From an uncultured bacterium (lineage in GTDB: Bacteria > Actinomycetota > Acidimicrobiia > Spongiisociales > UBA5794), in contig CAWDDT010000009.1 of the NCBI GenBank assembly GCA_963801165.1, forward strand, positions 480,001-544,000: 64,000 nt of DNA, in the 5' to 3' direction. This document shows, piece after piece, positions 36,876 through 44,987 of this stretch. The notes below the pieces were generated by a model. It was not told where the DNA came from. It did not search any database and saw nothing but the letters and a program-made list of their open reading frames with translations. The position numbers and the translations under genes were made by a program. Within the stretch, counting starts at the first letter, position 1. Each line of letters starts with the position of its first letter.

Positions 36876-37453
36876 GTCGGGTCAACGGCACCGTTTCAGT
36901 ACTCGCCGTCGCCGGCAGCCTTCGGCGCGGGTCGCACAACCGGGCCGTGCTCGAAGCCGCGGCGCAGATCGCGCCTGCCGGGGTCGAGGTCACCATCTTC
37001 GACCGGTTGGAGGCCGTTCCGGTCTTCAACGAGGATCTCGAGAACGCTCCCGACGACCAGTCAGGGGTGCTAAAACTGCGCCACACGATGGCCGCCGCCG
37101 ACGGGCTCCTCATCTCCACCCCCGAGTACAACCAGTCGGTCCCCGGCGTCCTCAAGAACATGATCGACTGGCTCTCCCGGGGCGCGCCTGACGAAGGGTT
37201 GCGCGGGAAACCGGTAGCCGTGACGGGTGCCACTACCGGCCCCTGGGGGACCCGCATCTCGCAAACGGTCCTCAGGCAGATGCTCCATTCCACTCAAGCC
37301 CTGGTGCTGCCCGCCCCGACGCTGTACATCGCACAAGTCGGTTTGCTCCTCGATGATGATGGGCGACTTGTCGACCAGGAGACGCTGGACCGCCTCGGGG
37401 ATCTGATGTCGTCGTTCGCCGCCTGGATCCGTCTGGTGCGCTCCGGACGTTGA
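36872..37453 (+). CDS. NADPH-dependent FMN reductase
   Basis: GSLRRGSHN, TPEYNQSVPGVLKNMIDWLSR, GKP. Confidence 0.93.
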   Translation: MSRVNGTVSVLAVAGSLRRGSHNRAVLEAAAQIAPAGVEVTIFDRLEAVPVFNEDLENAPDDQSGVLKLRHTMAAADGLLISTPEYNQSVPGVLKNMIDWLSRGAPDEGLRGKPVAVTGATTGPWGTRISQTVLRQMLHSTQALVLPAPTLYIAQVGLLLDDDGRLVDQETLDRLGDLMSSFAAWIRLVRSGR

Positions 37454-37491
37454 CGCGTCGGGATCGATCGTGGTGTGCCGGGCGTCGACGC

Positions 37492-37533
37492 TTGACAGCC
37501 ATATGCTATGCGTGCATAAAATAAGCGCGCATA
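37492..37533 (+). promoter_or_regulatory. Promoter with tandem palindromic boxes (probable operator of the downstream MarR)
   Basis: TTGACA followed by TATGCGTGCATA and TAAGCGCGCATA. Confidence 0.5.
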
Positions 37534-37560
37534 TCAATTTGGGTTGATAGGAGAGCGACT

Positions 37561-37992
37561 ATGTGGGCGAGAGAGTTCGAGGGAAGGTCGACGGCGGTCT
37601 GCGACCGGCTGCACGCCGTGCTTGCAGACGTGGAGCGCTGGTCGGAGTGGAACGAAGGCGTCGCTGCGGCCGTGGTCGGCCGCCCGTTCGAAGCAGGTGC
37701 CGACGGGGTGATGACGTTTCCCGACGGTGACCAGCTCCGCTTTCGCATCGTTGCCGTTGACCCGGGTCGTGGCTTCACCGACGAGACACCGATACCCGGT
37801 ACCGAAATGGTCGTGCGCGTGTTGCACCGCCTCGAGCCGCTCGACGGGCTCGGGACGCGGATCGTGTATCGCTGCGAGGTCGACGGCCCGGGGTCTGACG
37901 ATCTCGGCCCGGCGATAGGAGACCAGGTGACTGCCGACTTTCCTCAGGTGATCGCAGCGCTGGCGCGTCGTGCGGAGGAACCCGCCGCATGA
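37561..37992 (+). CDS. SRPBCC/polyketide cyclase family protein
   Basis: ADVERWSEWN, FTDET, H.LEP; AGGAG RBS. Confidence 0.8.
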   Translation: MWAREFEGRSTAVCDRLHAVLADVERWSEWNEGVAAAVVGRPFEAGADGVMTFPDGDQLRFRIVAVDPGRGFTDETPIPGTEMVVRVLHRLEPLDGLGTRIVYRCEVDGPGSDDLGPAIGDQVTADFPQVIAALARRAEEPAA

Positions 37993-38423
37993 CGAGCCCA
38001 CTCGAGCCCGGCGACAGCCCGGGGTTTCTGCTCTGGCGGGTCGCCCTCAGCTGGCAACGGCTCATGAAGCAAACGCTGAGCCCGATGGGACTTACCCATG
38101 TGCAGTTTGTGCTTCTGGCGAGTGCGTGGTGGCTCGGCACGACCGGGCGACAACCGCCCACGCAACGAGAGCTCGCCGATCACGCAGGCACAGACCAGAT
38201 GATGACATCACAGGTGCTCCGATCGCTCGAAAGAAGCTCGCTCATCGAGCGGCGGACCGATCCGGACGACGCTCGCGTGCGCAGGGTGTCGGTCACCGGT
38301 ACGGGTGCAACGCTCGCCGAAAAGGCCGTCCGCATCGTGGAGGGTGCCGACTCTGAGTTCTTCTCGGGCGCGCTCGACGTTCAGCTACTCGACGCGCTCT
38401 GCCTGCTGTCACAGGGAACGTAG
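37989..38423 (+). CDS. MarR family regulator
   Basis: SPGFLLW...WQR......GLTHVQFVLLA...D.MMTSQVLR.LE...D.R. Confidence 0.92.
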   Translation: MTSPLEPGDSPGFLLWRVALSWQRLMKQTLSPMGLTHVQFVLLASAWWLGTTGRQPPTQRELADHAGTDQMMTSQVLRSLERSSLIERRTDPDDARVRRVSVTGTGATLAEKAVRIVEGADSEFFSGALDVQLLDALCLLSQGT

Positions 38424-38472
38424 GGACTTTCGAGTCGATTGCGTGTCCTGCCGACGCGGTAGCCTCAGCGCA

Positions 38473-39306
38473 ATGAACGTGATTGGGTACGTACTCATCG
38501 ACGGCGAGCCGGTCGACCCGGCTGACGCCAAGATATCTATCTTCGACATTGCCCTGTTGCGGGGCTTCGGCTGTTTCGAGTCGCTCCGTTCCTACAACGG
38601 CGTCGCCTTCCGGCAGAAGCAGCACATCGACCGGTTGGAGCGGTCGGCCGAAGCGCTCAGGCTCGGGATTCCCCCACGGGAATCGATGGAACAGTGGGTC
38701 GCCGACCGAGCCTCGGAAGGTGACTGCACGGTGCGGGTTGTTGTCACCGGTGGCACCGACGAGAAGGGCAGTGGTGAGGGGTCACGGTTCATCGTCTTCG
38801 CCGAGGAGCTACAGCCCGTCGACCCGACCACGAGCCTTCTGCCGGTCGAGGCGCCATGGCATCCCGACGGCTCCCAATCGGAGCTCACCGGTGCTAAGAC
38901 CCTTTCGTACGGGCCGAACGTCGCTGCTCGCTTTCGCGCCAAGGCGGAGGGTTACGGCGATGCACTGCTGATCGGTCGCAGTGGTCATGTGCTCGAGGGC
39001 CCGACCAACACCGTTGCCTGGATCACGGCGGGGGTCTTCGAGACGCCGTCGCTCGACCTGGGCATTTTGGCTTCGGTCACCCGGCAAGCCGTCCTCGATG
39101 TGGCTTCCCAGCTCGGCATCCCGGTCGTTGAGGGTGCGTTTCTGTTGCAGCGGATGCTCGACGCCGACGAGGTGGTTGCACTATCGACGTTGCGCGAGGT
39201 GCAGCCGGTCATCCGCGTCGGCCCGATCGAGAAGGACGTCGGCCCGATCACGGGCCGGCTCAGCGCGGGTCTCCGGGATCTGATCCGGGAGGAGACCGGC
39301 CGGTGA
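38473..39306 (+). CDS. Aminotransferase class IV (PabC/IlvE/Dat-like)
   Basis: G.GCFESLR, H.DRL.RSA, KTLSY, EGPT, GIL.SVTR. Confidence 0.9.
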   Translation: MNVIGYVLIDGEPVDPADAKISIFDIALLRGFGCFESLRSYNGVAFRQKQHIDRLERSAEALRLGIPPRESMEQWVADRASEGDCTVRVVVTGGTDEKGSGEGSRFIVFAEELQPVDPTTSLLPVEAPWHPDGSQSELTGAKTLSYGPNVAARFRAKAEGYGDALLIGRSGHVLEGPTNTVAWITAGVFETPSLDLGILASVTRQAVLDVASQLGIPVVEGAFLLQRMLDADEVVALSTLREVQPVIRVGPIEKDVGPITGRLSAGLRDLIREETGR

Positions 39307-39755
39307 GCGCGATTACCTATCTCGGCGTGCTCGGTGCCATTGAGGGCCTGTACCAGGCCGTGGTTACCGATCCGGAGGTCTGGGGTCCACAGGCATTTGC
39401 CGACTGGGCCAGCGAGACCCTCGTCGACGCCGGCGAGCTCCCCAAAGACGCGGTCAAGCAAATCCGGCGCAGCTTGCGGGCGGCCGAGAAGCTCCGGAGC
39501 TTCTGGGCGGACGGTCGCAGCGCCGTTTCCGACCATGACGACTGGAGAACCCGGGTGGACATCGCTCTCGGTGTTCGCGCCTGGCGGCCTCTTCTAGATC
39601 TGGCCCGGATCGGGCTCGAGGACTCGCCGGATCCGGAGCTCTACGAGCAGGTGAAGGAGCGATTCGCCGTGGTGACCTCCGACAGGTGGATGGAGGACGT
39701 CAGCTTTGAGCAATGGCGGGCTAGCGCAAAGCCGTCATTTCCTGAGCTGCGATAG
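39303..39755 (+). CDS. Hypothetical protein
   Basis: GTGA overlap with the aminotransferase; strong GC3 codon bias. Confidence 0.7.
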   Translation: MSAITYLGVLGAIEGLYQAVVTDPEVWGPQAFADWASETLVDAGELPKDAVKQIRRSLRAAEKLRSFWADGRSAVSDHDDWRTRVDIALGVRAWRPLLDLARIGLEDSPDPELYEQVKERFAVVTSDRWMEDVSFEQWRASAKPSFPELR

Positions 39756-39760
39756 AATGG

Positions 39761-39800
39761 GTCGTGAGTTCCAGGCAGGTGTCGTGAGTTTCAAGCAGGT
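39761..39800 (+). repeat. 20-bp tandem duplication at a gene start
   Basis: GTCGTGAGTTCCAGGCAGGT / GTCGTGAGTTTCAAGCAGGT (18/20 identical). Confidence 0.85.
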
Positions 39801-40311
39801 GTTGATCGTCGGTGTAGCGCTCGTCTCGATCGCCGCGTGCTCGCACGGTGACGATACCGGGGAATCCTCGACGACGGTCCCGGCATCGATCACGACCCTC
39901 GCCCAAACTTCGTCGCCGGCGGGTACCGCAACCGACCAGACCACGTCCAGCACGACCACGACCTCGACGGTCGACCTCGCTCTGTCCTTTCCCAAGTACA
40001 GCATCATCAGCCGGGAGTCATCGGACAACGGCGATATTGTCGTTGTCTTGCTCGACCAGTCCAGCTATGAGTCGCTTTCGGACATCGACGTGCACAACGT
40101 GATCTCTGATCTGGTCGAGCAGTTCGCCCCGGTGTATGAGGCGTACATCGTCGAGACGCAGGCCGCCGCTGATGCCCTGTTTGTCGAGGATCCAACCGAC
40201 GCGGAGAAGACTGCGCTGAACAACGGCTACGTCGCCAAGCTCGAGGAAGGGTTCCGCATCGTCTACCAGGGACCGCTCAAGGCTGAAGGCGTCGCCATCC
40301 TGGGGTCGTGA
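39784..40311 (+). CDS. Putative lipoprotein with Ser/Thr-rich linker
   Basis: KQVLIVGVALVSIAA-C lipobox, then a T/S-rich stretch; start uncertain. Confidence 0.75.
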   Translation: MSFKQVLIVGVALVSIAACSHGDDTGESSTTVPASITTLAQTSSPAGTATDQTTSSTTTTSTVDLALSFPKYSIISRESSDNGDIVVVLLDQSSYESLSDIDVHNVISDLVEQFAPVYEAYIVETQAAADALFVEDPTDAEKTALNNGYVAKLEEGFRIVYQGPLKAEGVAILGS

Positions 40312-40312
40312 T

Positions 40313-40335
40313 CGGCCGGAGCCTCCGGTCGTTTC
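40313..40335 (+). terminator. Intrinsic terminator
   Basis: CGGCCGGA-gcc-TCCGGTCG followed by TTTC. Confidence 0.5.
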
Positions 40336-40336
40336 T

Positions 40337-40642
40337 CTAGAAGCTGCCCTTCATTTGTGGGGCGAACTGCAACGGCGGTCTCCGCTCGTCCTTCCCCCCT
40401 CGGACGGCCCAGAGGCCGTCCGATCCCGAAATGGGGGGATAGCTGCTTTTTCTCCAGCTGGCCGACACAGTGAATGACGATCGTCCCGAGGCCCAGAGGC
40501 CGTCCGATCCCCCCGAAATGGGGGGATAGCTGCTCTTTCTCCAGCTGGCCGACACAGTGAATGACGATCGTCCCGAGGCCCAGAGGCCGTCCGATCCCCC
40601 CGAAATGGGGGGATAGCTGCTCTTTCTCCAGCTAGCCGACAC
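40337..40642 (-). CDS. Possible DUF397-like repeat protein encoded by the tandem repeat
   Basis: Three copies of SASWRKSSY..., then AVRGGKDERRPPLQFAPQMKGSF; differences between copies are synonymous or in-frame; no clear RBS. Confidence 0.45.
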   Translation of the reverse strand: MSASWRKSSYPPISGGSDGLWASGRSSFTVSASWRKSSYPPISGGSDGLWASGRSSFTVSASWRKSSYPPISGSDGLWAVRGGKDERRPPLQFAPQMKGSF

Positions 40643-40686
40643 GGTGGATACCGATCGTTCCCCCCGAAATGGGGGGATCGCTGCTT
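40406..40686. repeat. Palindromic tandem repeat: units at 40406, 40490, 40577 (84/87 bp) plus a partial fourth core
   Basis: GGCCCAGAGGCCGTCCG-ATCCCCCCGAAATGGGGGGAT-AGCTGCTCTTTCTCCAGCT-GGCCGACAC repeated. Confidence 0.95.
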
Positions 40687-40753
40687 GCGCCCAACCAACA
40701 GAAGGTGTGATCGCTCGATACGTCGGAGAAGGCCGTTGCGTCTCGCTGCTTGC

Positions 40754-42145
40754 TCACAGGTGGAGGACGAGCTTGGCGGTGAGGAGGAAGCCGCCAAGAC
40801 CCACGGTGTCGGTAACCGCGGTCATGAAGATGTTCGAGGCCAGCGCGGGGTCGAGGCCGATCCGCCGCATGATGGTGGGGATCGACGAACCGACCACCCC
40901 GGCGATACTGAGGTTGACCATGACCGCAATTCCGATGATCAGACCGATATGGCTATCGCCGGCGACGAGCCCGCCCAGGAAGCCCGAGAGCAGGGCCGTC
41001 ATGACCCCGTTGGAGAGACCGATCAGCGCCTCGCGACGGATTGCCCGCCCCGCCCTGCCGGGGGGCAAACTGCCCACGGCCATCGCCCGGATGGTCACCG
41101 CCAGACCTTGTGCTCCCGAGTTACCGCCTACCGCGGCGACCAGCGGCATGAAGGCGGCGAGCGTTGGCCGGTCGCTGATGAGTGGCTCGAAAGTCCGGAT
41201 CAAAGTGGCGATCGCCAGCCCGATACCGAGGTTGAGCCAGATCCACGGAATCCGGCGGCGGACCGAGAGGGGGACCGCGGTGTAGACGGTCTCCTCGGCG
41301 CCTGCACCCACCATCCGGGCCACATCCTCGGTCGCTTCGGCCTGGACGGCCTCCATCGCCTCGTCGACCTTGACGATTCCGACGAGGTGATCGCTCGCAT
41401 CGGTCACCGGTAGCGAAATGATGCGGTAGCGCTGGATCAGCTCGGCGACGATCTCCCGGTCGGTGTCGACCGTCACCGAGACCGGATCGTCGAGCATGAT
41501 CTCTTCGAGACCGGTGTGGGGTCGGGCGAACACCAGCTCCCGGAACGGGACTACGCCGGCGATCTTCCCCTGAGGGTCTACCACGTAGACATATGTGAGG
41601 TTGGATCCGAGCTCCTCGTGGAGCTTCCGCAGTGACTCAATGGCCTCACCGGTGGTGAGACCGACCGGGAGTGCTGCGAAGTCGGTTGTCATCAGACCGC
41701 CGGCGCTGTCCGGGGGGTACGCAATGAGCTTGTTGATCGCGAGCCGCACATCCGGGTCCAGTGCCGCGATCACGTCCCGCCTGACTTGCTCCTCTTCGAG
41801 GGCTGCCAGCAGGTCGACCGCCTGATCCGGCTCCATCTCGGCGATCAGCTGGGCCGCCGCCTCGGTGTCCATCTCCTCGATGACGTCGGCAGCGGCCGCG
41901 GCTCGCATCTGGTCGAGGACGTCGGCGGCATCGTCGGCATCGAGATCACGGAGCAGGTCGGCGGCGTCTTCCTCGTCGAGGGCCTCGAGGATGTCGGCGG
42001 CGGAGCCCGGGTCGGTTTCTGCGATCTGTTCCCATTGCGCCTGGTGCGAATCGAGGAACTCCTCGGCCTCCTCGGGATGGAGTCGAGCTAGCTCTCTCAG
42101 GCGATGGCTGAGACGGCTCAGGCTGGTCTGGAAGGGAAGACGCAT
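40754..42145 (-). CDS. mgtE: Magnesium transporter MgtE
   Basis: Acidic N-domain, YPPDSAGGLMT CBS pair, RR.PW, GGNSGAQ, DPALAS..F.TAVTD..G. Confidence 0.95.
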   Translation of the reverse strand: MRLPFQTSLSRLSHRLRELARLHPEEAEEFLDSHQAQWEQIAETDPGSAADILEALDEEDAADLLRDLDADDAADVLDQMRAAAAADVIEEMDTEAAAQLIAEMEPDQAVDLLAALEEEQVRRDVIAALDPDVRLAINKLIAYPPDSAGGLMTTDFAALPVGLTTGEAIESLRKLHEELGSNLTYVYVVDPQGKIAGVVPFRELVFARPHTGLEEIMLDDPVSVTVDTDREIVAELIQRYRIISLPVTDASDHLVGIVKVDEAMEAVQAEATEDVARMVGAGAEETVYTAVPLSVRRRIPWIWLNLGIGLAIATLIRTFEPLISDRPTLAAFMPLVAAVGGNSGAQGLAVTIRAMAVGSLPPGRAGRAIRREALIGLSNGVMTALLSGFLGGLVAGDSHIGLIIGIAVMVNLSIAGVVGSSIPTIMRRIGLDPALASNIFMTAVTDTVGLGGFLLTAKLVLHL

Positions 42146-42220
42146 GACGCCGCCAGACTAGGTGATTTGACGGCGTCGCGGCCTTTGAGGCCCGGGCATC
42201 CGCCGTCCCGGAAGTCCAGT

Positions 42221-42291
42221 GAAATGCAACAGGCCCCCCAGGGGGGACGAGGGGGCCTGTTGGAAACCCGGGTGGTGGTGAATCACCCGGC
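42221..42291 (-). ncRNA. Candidate two-hairpin sRNA with C-rich loops (6C-like)
   Basis: -10 TACTAT; CCGGGUG/CACCCGG hairpin; 12-bp CAACAGGCCCCC/GGGGGCCUGUUG hairpin with loop UCGUCCCCCCUG; ends CAUUU. Confidence 0.55.
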
Positions 42292-42426
42292 TGCTACATA
42301 GTAACGCCACTTAAGTCGACAGCGAGTCGGCTTCGCGTCGCTAGTCCGCCTTCGGCCAGTGCCGCCGATGCCTGGCCAATCCCGGGTACCGGGGAGGCCG
42401 TAGACTGCCGCGGGAAAGGAGGTCAT

Positions 42427-43479
42427 ATGGAGCGATTGACATCGTTTTCGCACGGGGCCGGCTGAGCGTGCAAGCTCGGTCCTGACGAGTTGGCGCAGGT
42501 TCTGCGCCGTGTGAACAACTCACCGATCACCCGCCATAGCGACCTCATTGTCGGTATCGGCGGCTCCGACGACGCCGGTGTCTATCGGATCACCGACGAC
42601 ATTGCGCTCGTCCAGACGGTCGACTTCTTCACCCCCATCGTGGATGAGGCCTACGACTGGGGTCGGATCGCCGCGGCCAATGCGCTCTCCGATGTCTATG
42701 CGATGGGTGGGACCCCACTGACCGCGCTCCAGCTCGTGGGCTGGCCGCGGGACAAGCTCCCCTTCGACCTCCTCGGCGATGTCCTCGCCGGTGGCGCTGA
42801 AGTTCTCGAAGAAGCCCGGTGCACCCTGGTTGGTGGGCACAGTATCGACGACACCGAGCCCAAGTACGGCCTGGCGGTGACAGGCGTGGTCCACCCCGAC
42901 GACATCGTCACCAACGACGGCGCCCGACCCGGGGACGTCCTGGTCCTCACCAAGTCGCTCGGGACCGGGCTCATCGCCACCGCCATCAAGCGCGGTGTTG
43001 TCGATCAGGCCGTGCGTGACGCCGCCGTCGCGTCGATGACGCAGCTGAACGCCGGGCCGGCGCGGGCGATGCGCCGGGTAGGCGTGAGCGCTGCCACCGA
43101 CGTCACCGGCTTCGGGTTGCTCGGGCACCTTGGCGAGATGATCAGGGCGAGCGGGGTCAGTGCCGAGATCGAGTTTGCCGCGGTGCCGCTGCTGCCGGAC
43201 GCACTCAGGCTTGCCCAAGAGGACGTGGTTCCCGGGGGCACATTGCGTAACCTCGAAGCTGCGCGCCGGACCGCTCGATTCGGAGAGCTGGATCGGGCCC
43301 GGCAGATCGTGCTTGCCGACGCACAAACCAATGGGGGACTCCTGCTCACGGTCGAGACACCGCTGGCGAAAGCCCTGCTGCAGGCGCTGGAGGACGAAGA
43401 AAGCGCTGCAGCGGTGATAGGGAGGATCGTCGAGCGCGATTTCGCCGACGGGCCGACCGGCGCCATCACAGTTGTCTGA
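42427..43479 (+). CDS. selD: Selenide, water dikinase, Sec-containing
   Basis: AGGAGG RBS; MERLTSFSHGAG-UGA-ACKLGP (UGA at 42463-42465); DDAGVY, QTVDFFTP, NALSDVYAMGG, GGHS, TDVTGFGLLGH, AQTNGGLL. Confidence 0.97.
42463..42496 (+). promoter_or_regulatory. Putative bacterial SECIS element of selD
   Basis: AGCUCG-GUCCUGA-CGAGUU upper stem-loop plus GCGU/GCGC lower pairing directly after the UGA. Confidence 0.6.
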
Positions 43480-43522
43480 CGCCGGCGTCGGGCGGTCCCT
43501 TACGACCCGGTACAGTCCGGCC

Positions 43523-44968
43523 ATGACTTCGACTCAGCCCGAATCCGGGCAGTTTGCCAAACATCTGGGCCGGGCGGCGTCTGCCCTCGATCGGTACCTG
43601 GAGCAGGACCCGGGTGATGCGATGCGGCGTTTCGGCCAATGGGATACGGCCCTGCGCGCCGCGCTTCCCGACGAGGGTCTCGGGATAGACGGAGCGATCG
43701 ATTCGCTCCTATCCGATATCCTGCCCAACGGCACACGACTTCCATATCCCGGGTTCTGGGGTTGGATCACGACCGGGCCGTCGACCGCGGCGACCGTCGC
43801 TGCCGCCGTCGCCAGTGTCGCCGCCCCACAGCGCTACACGATGACCGCGTTCAATCGACTCGAAGAGCTGTCGCTGCAGTGGCTGGCCGAGCTCTGCGGG
43901 CTCGAGCCGCATATGAAAGGGGTGTATTCGAGCGGCGGGTCGACGGCCAATCTGGTTGCACTCGGCGCCGCTCGCCAGTGGGCGTTCAGCCGTCGGGGCA
44001 TTGACCCGGCCGCACACGGACTCGACGGTGCGCCCGTCGCGATATATACGTCCACCGAGGCACACCACACCGTTCAGCGCTCGGCGGGCGTCCTTGGCCT
44101 GGGGCGGCGAAGTGTGCGCCCGATCCCGATAGACGACGGCCAGAGGATGCGGGTCGACGCCCTTGCGGAGATCATGGAACGAGATGCTGCAGACGGCGTC
44201 ATCCCCGTCGCGGTGGTGGCCGCGGCGGGCACCACAAACACCGGGGCCATCGACCCGCTGCGGCGGGCCGGCGAGCTGGCCCGCCGGTATGGGGCATGGT
44301 TCCATGTTGACGGGGCGTATGGCCTACCCGGGATTCTCGACCGGCGTGTCGCCCCTCTCTACGACGGTCTCGAACTGGCAGACTCGGTGATCGTCGATCC
44401 CCACAAGTGGCTCGGAGCCCCTGTTGGAGTGGCTGCTACGTTTGTGCGCGACCGTTCGATCCTGTTCGACGCATTCACCCAGGAGCCTGCCGCCTATCTC
44501 GAGGCAAACTTCGTCGAAGAACCTGAGACATCACTCGATTCGATGGGGATTCCCTACGCCGACTTTGGTGTGGAGCTGTCGGCACCGTCGCGAGGCGTGA
44601 TCGTGTGGGCGATTCTCACCGAGCTCGGCCGACGGGGGATGGCGGCGAGAGTGGTGGCGGATAACGATTTTGCCCGGCATGTCGCCGAGCGAGCCAGGCG
44701 TGAACCGGAGTTGGAGCTCCTCACCGATCCGACGTTGTCCATCTGCTGTTTCCGACACGTCGCACCGGCGGGCGTCGATCCCAACGAGTTCAACCAGCAG
44801 CTGTTGCGGCGTTTGCTGCGCGAGACGGATTTCATGCCGTCTTCGACACTGGTTGACGGGCGCTTCGCCATCAGACCGTGTTTCATCAACCTGCGGACCA
44901 CTCATGAGCACGTCGACGCTTTCGTGGATGCGGTGCTCCGCATTGGTGCCGAGTTGGGCGAGACCTGA
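43523..44968 (+). CDS. Group II PLP-dependent (aromatic amino acid-type) decarboxylase
   Basis: SGGSTAN, AGTTNTGAIDP, WFHVDGAYG, ADS..VDPHKWL, ELS. Confidence 0.92.
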   Translation: MTSTQPESGQFAKHLGRAASALDRYLEQDPGDAMRRFGQWDTALRAALPDEGLGIDGAIDSLLSDILPNGTRLPYPGFWGWITTGPSTAATVAAAVASVAAPQRYTMTAFNRLEELSLQWLAELCGLEPHMKGVYSSGGSTANLVALGAARQWAFSRRGIDPAAHGLDGAPVAIYTSTEAHHTVQRSAGVLGLGRRSVRPIPIDDGQRMRVDALAEIMERDAADGVIPVAVVAAAGTTNTGAIDPLRRAGELARRYGAWFHVDGAYGLPGILDRRVAPLYDGLELADSVIVDPHKWLGAPVGVAATFVRDRSILFDAFTQEPAAYLEANFVEEPETSLDSMGIPYADFGVELSAPSRGVIVWAILTELGRRGMAARVVADNDFARHVAERARREPELELLTDPTLSICCFRHVAPAGVDPNEFNQQLLRRLLRETDFMPSSTLVDGRFAIRPCFINLRTTHEHVDAFVDAVLRIGAELGET

Positions 44969-44987
44969 TGTCGACCAGAATGTGAGC

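Noticed and set aside
40406-40686. CRISPR array
   Set aside because: The sequence between the palindromes is identical rather than unique spacers, and no cas genes are in the window.
42146-42300. M-box (ykoK) riboswitch upstream of mgtE
   Set aside because: Too short, and I could not see the M-box core; two simple hairpins fit an sRNA or terminator better. Needs cmscan.
42300-42426. tRNA-Sec next to selD
   Set aside because: No cloverleaf, UCA anticodon arm or T-loop found.
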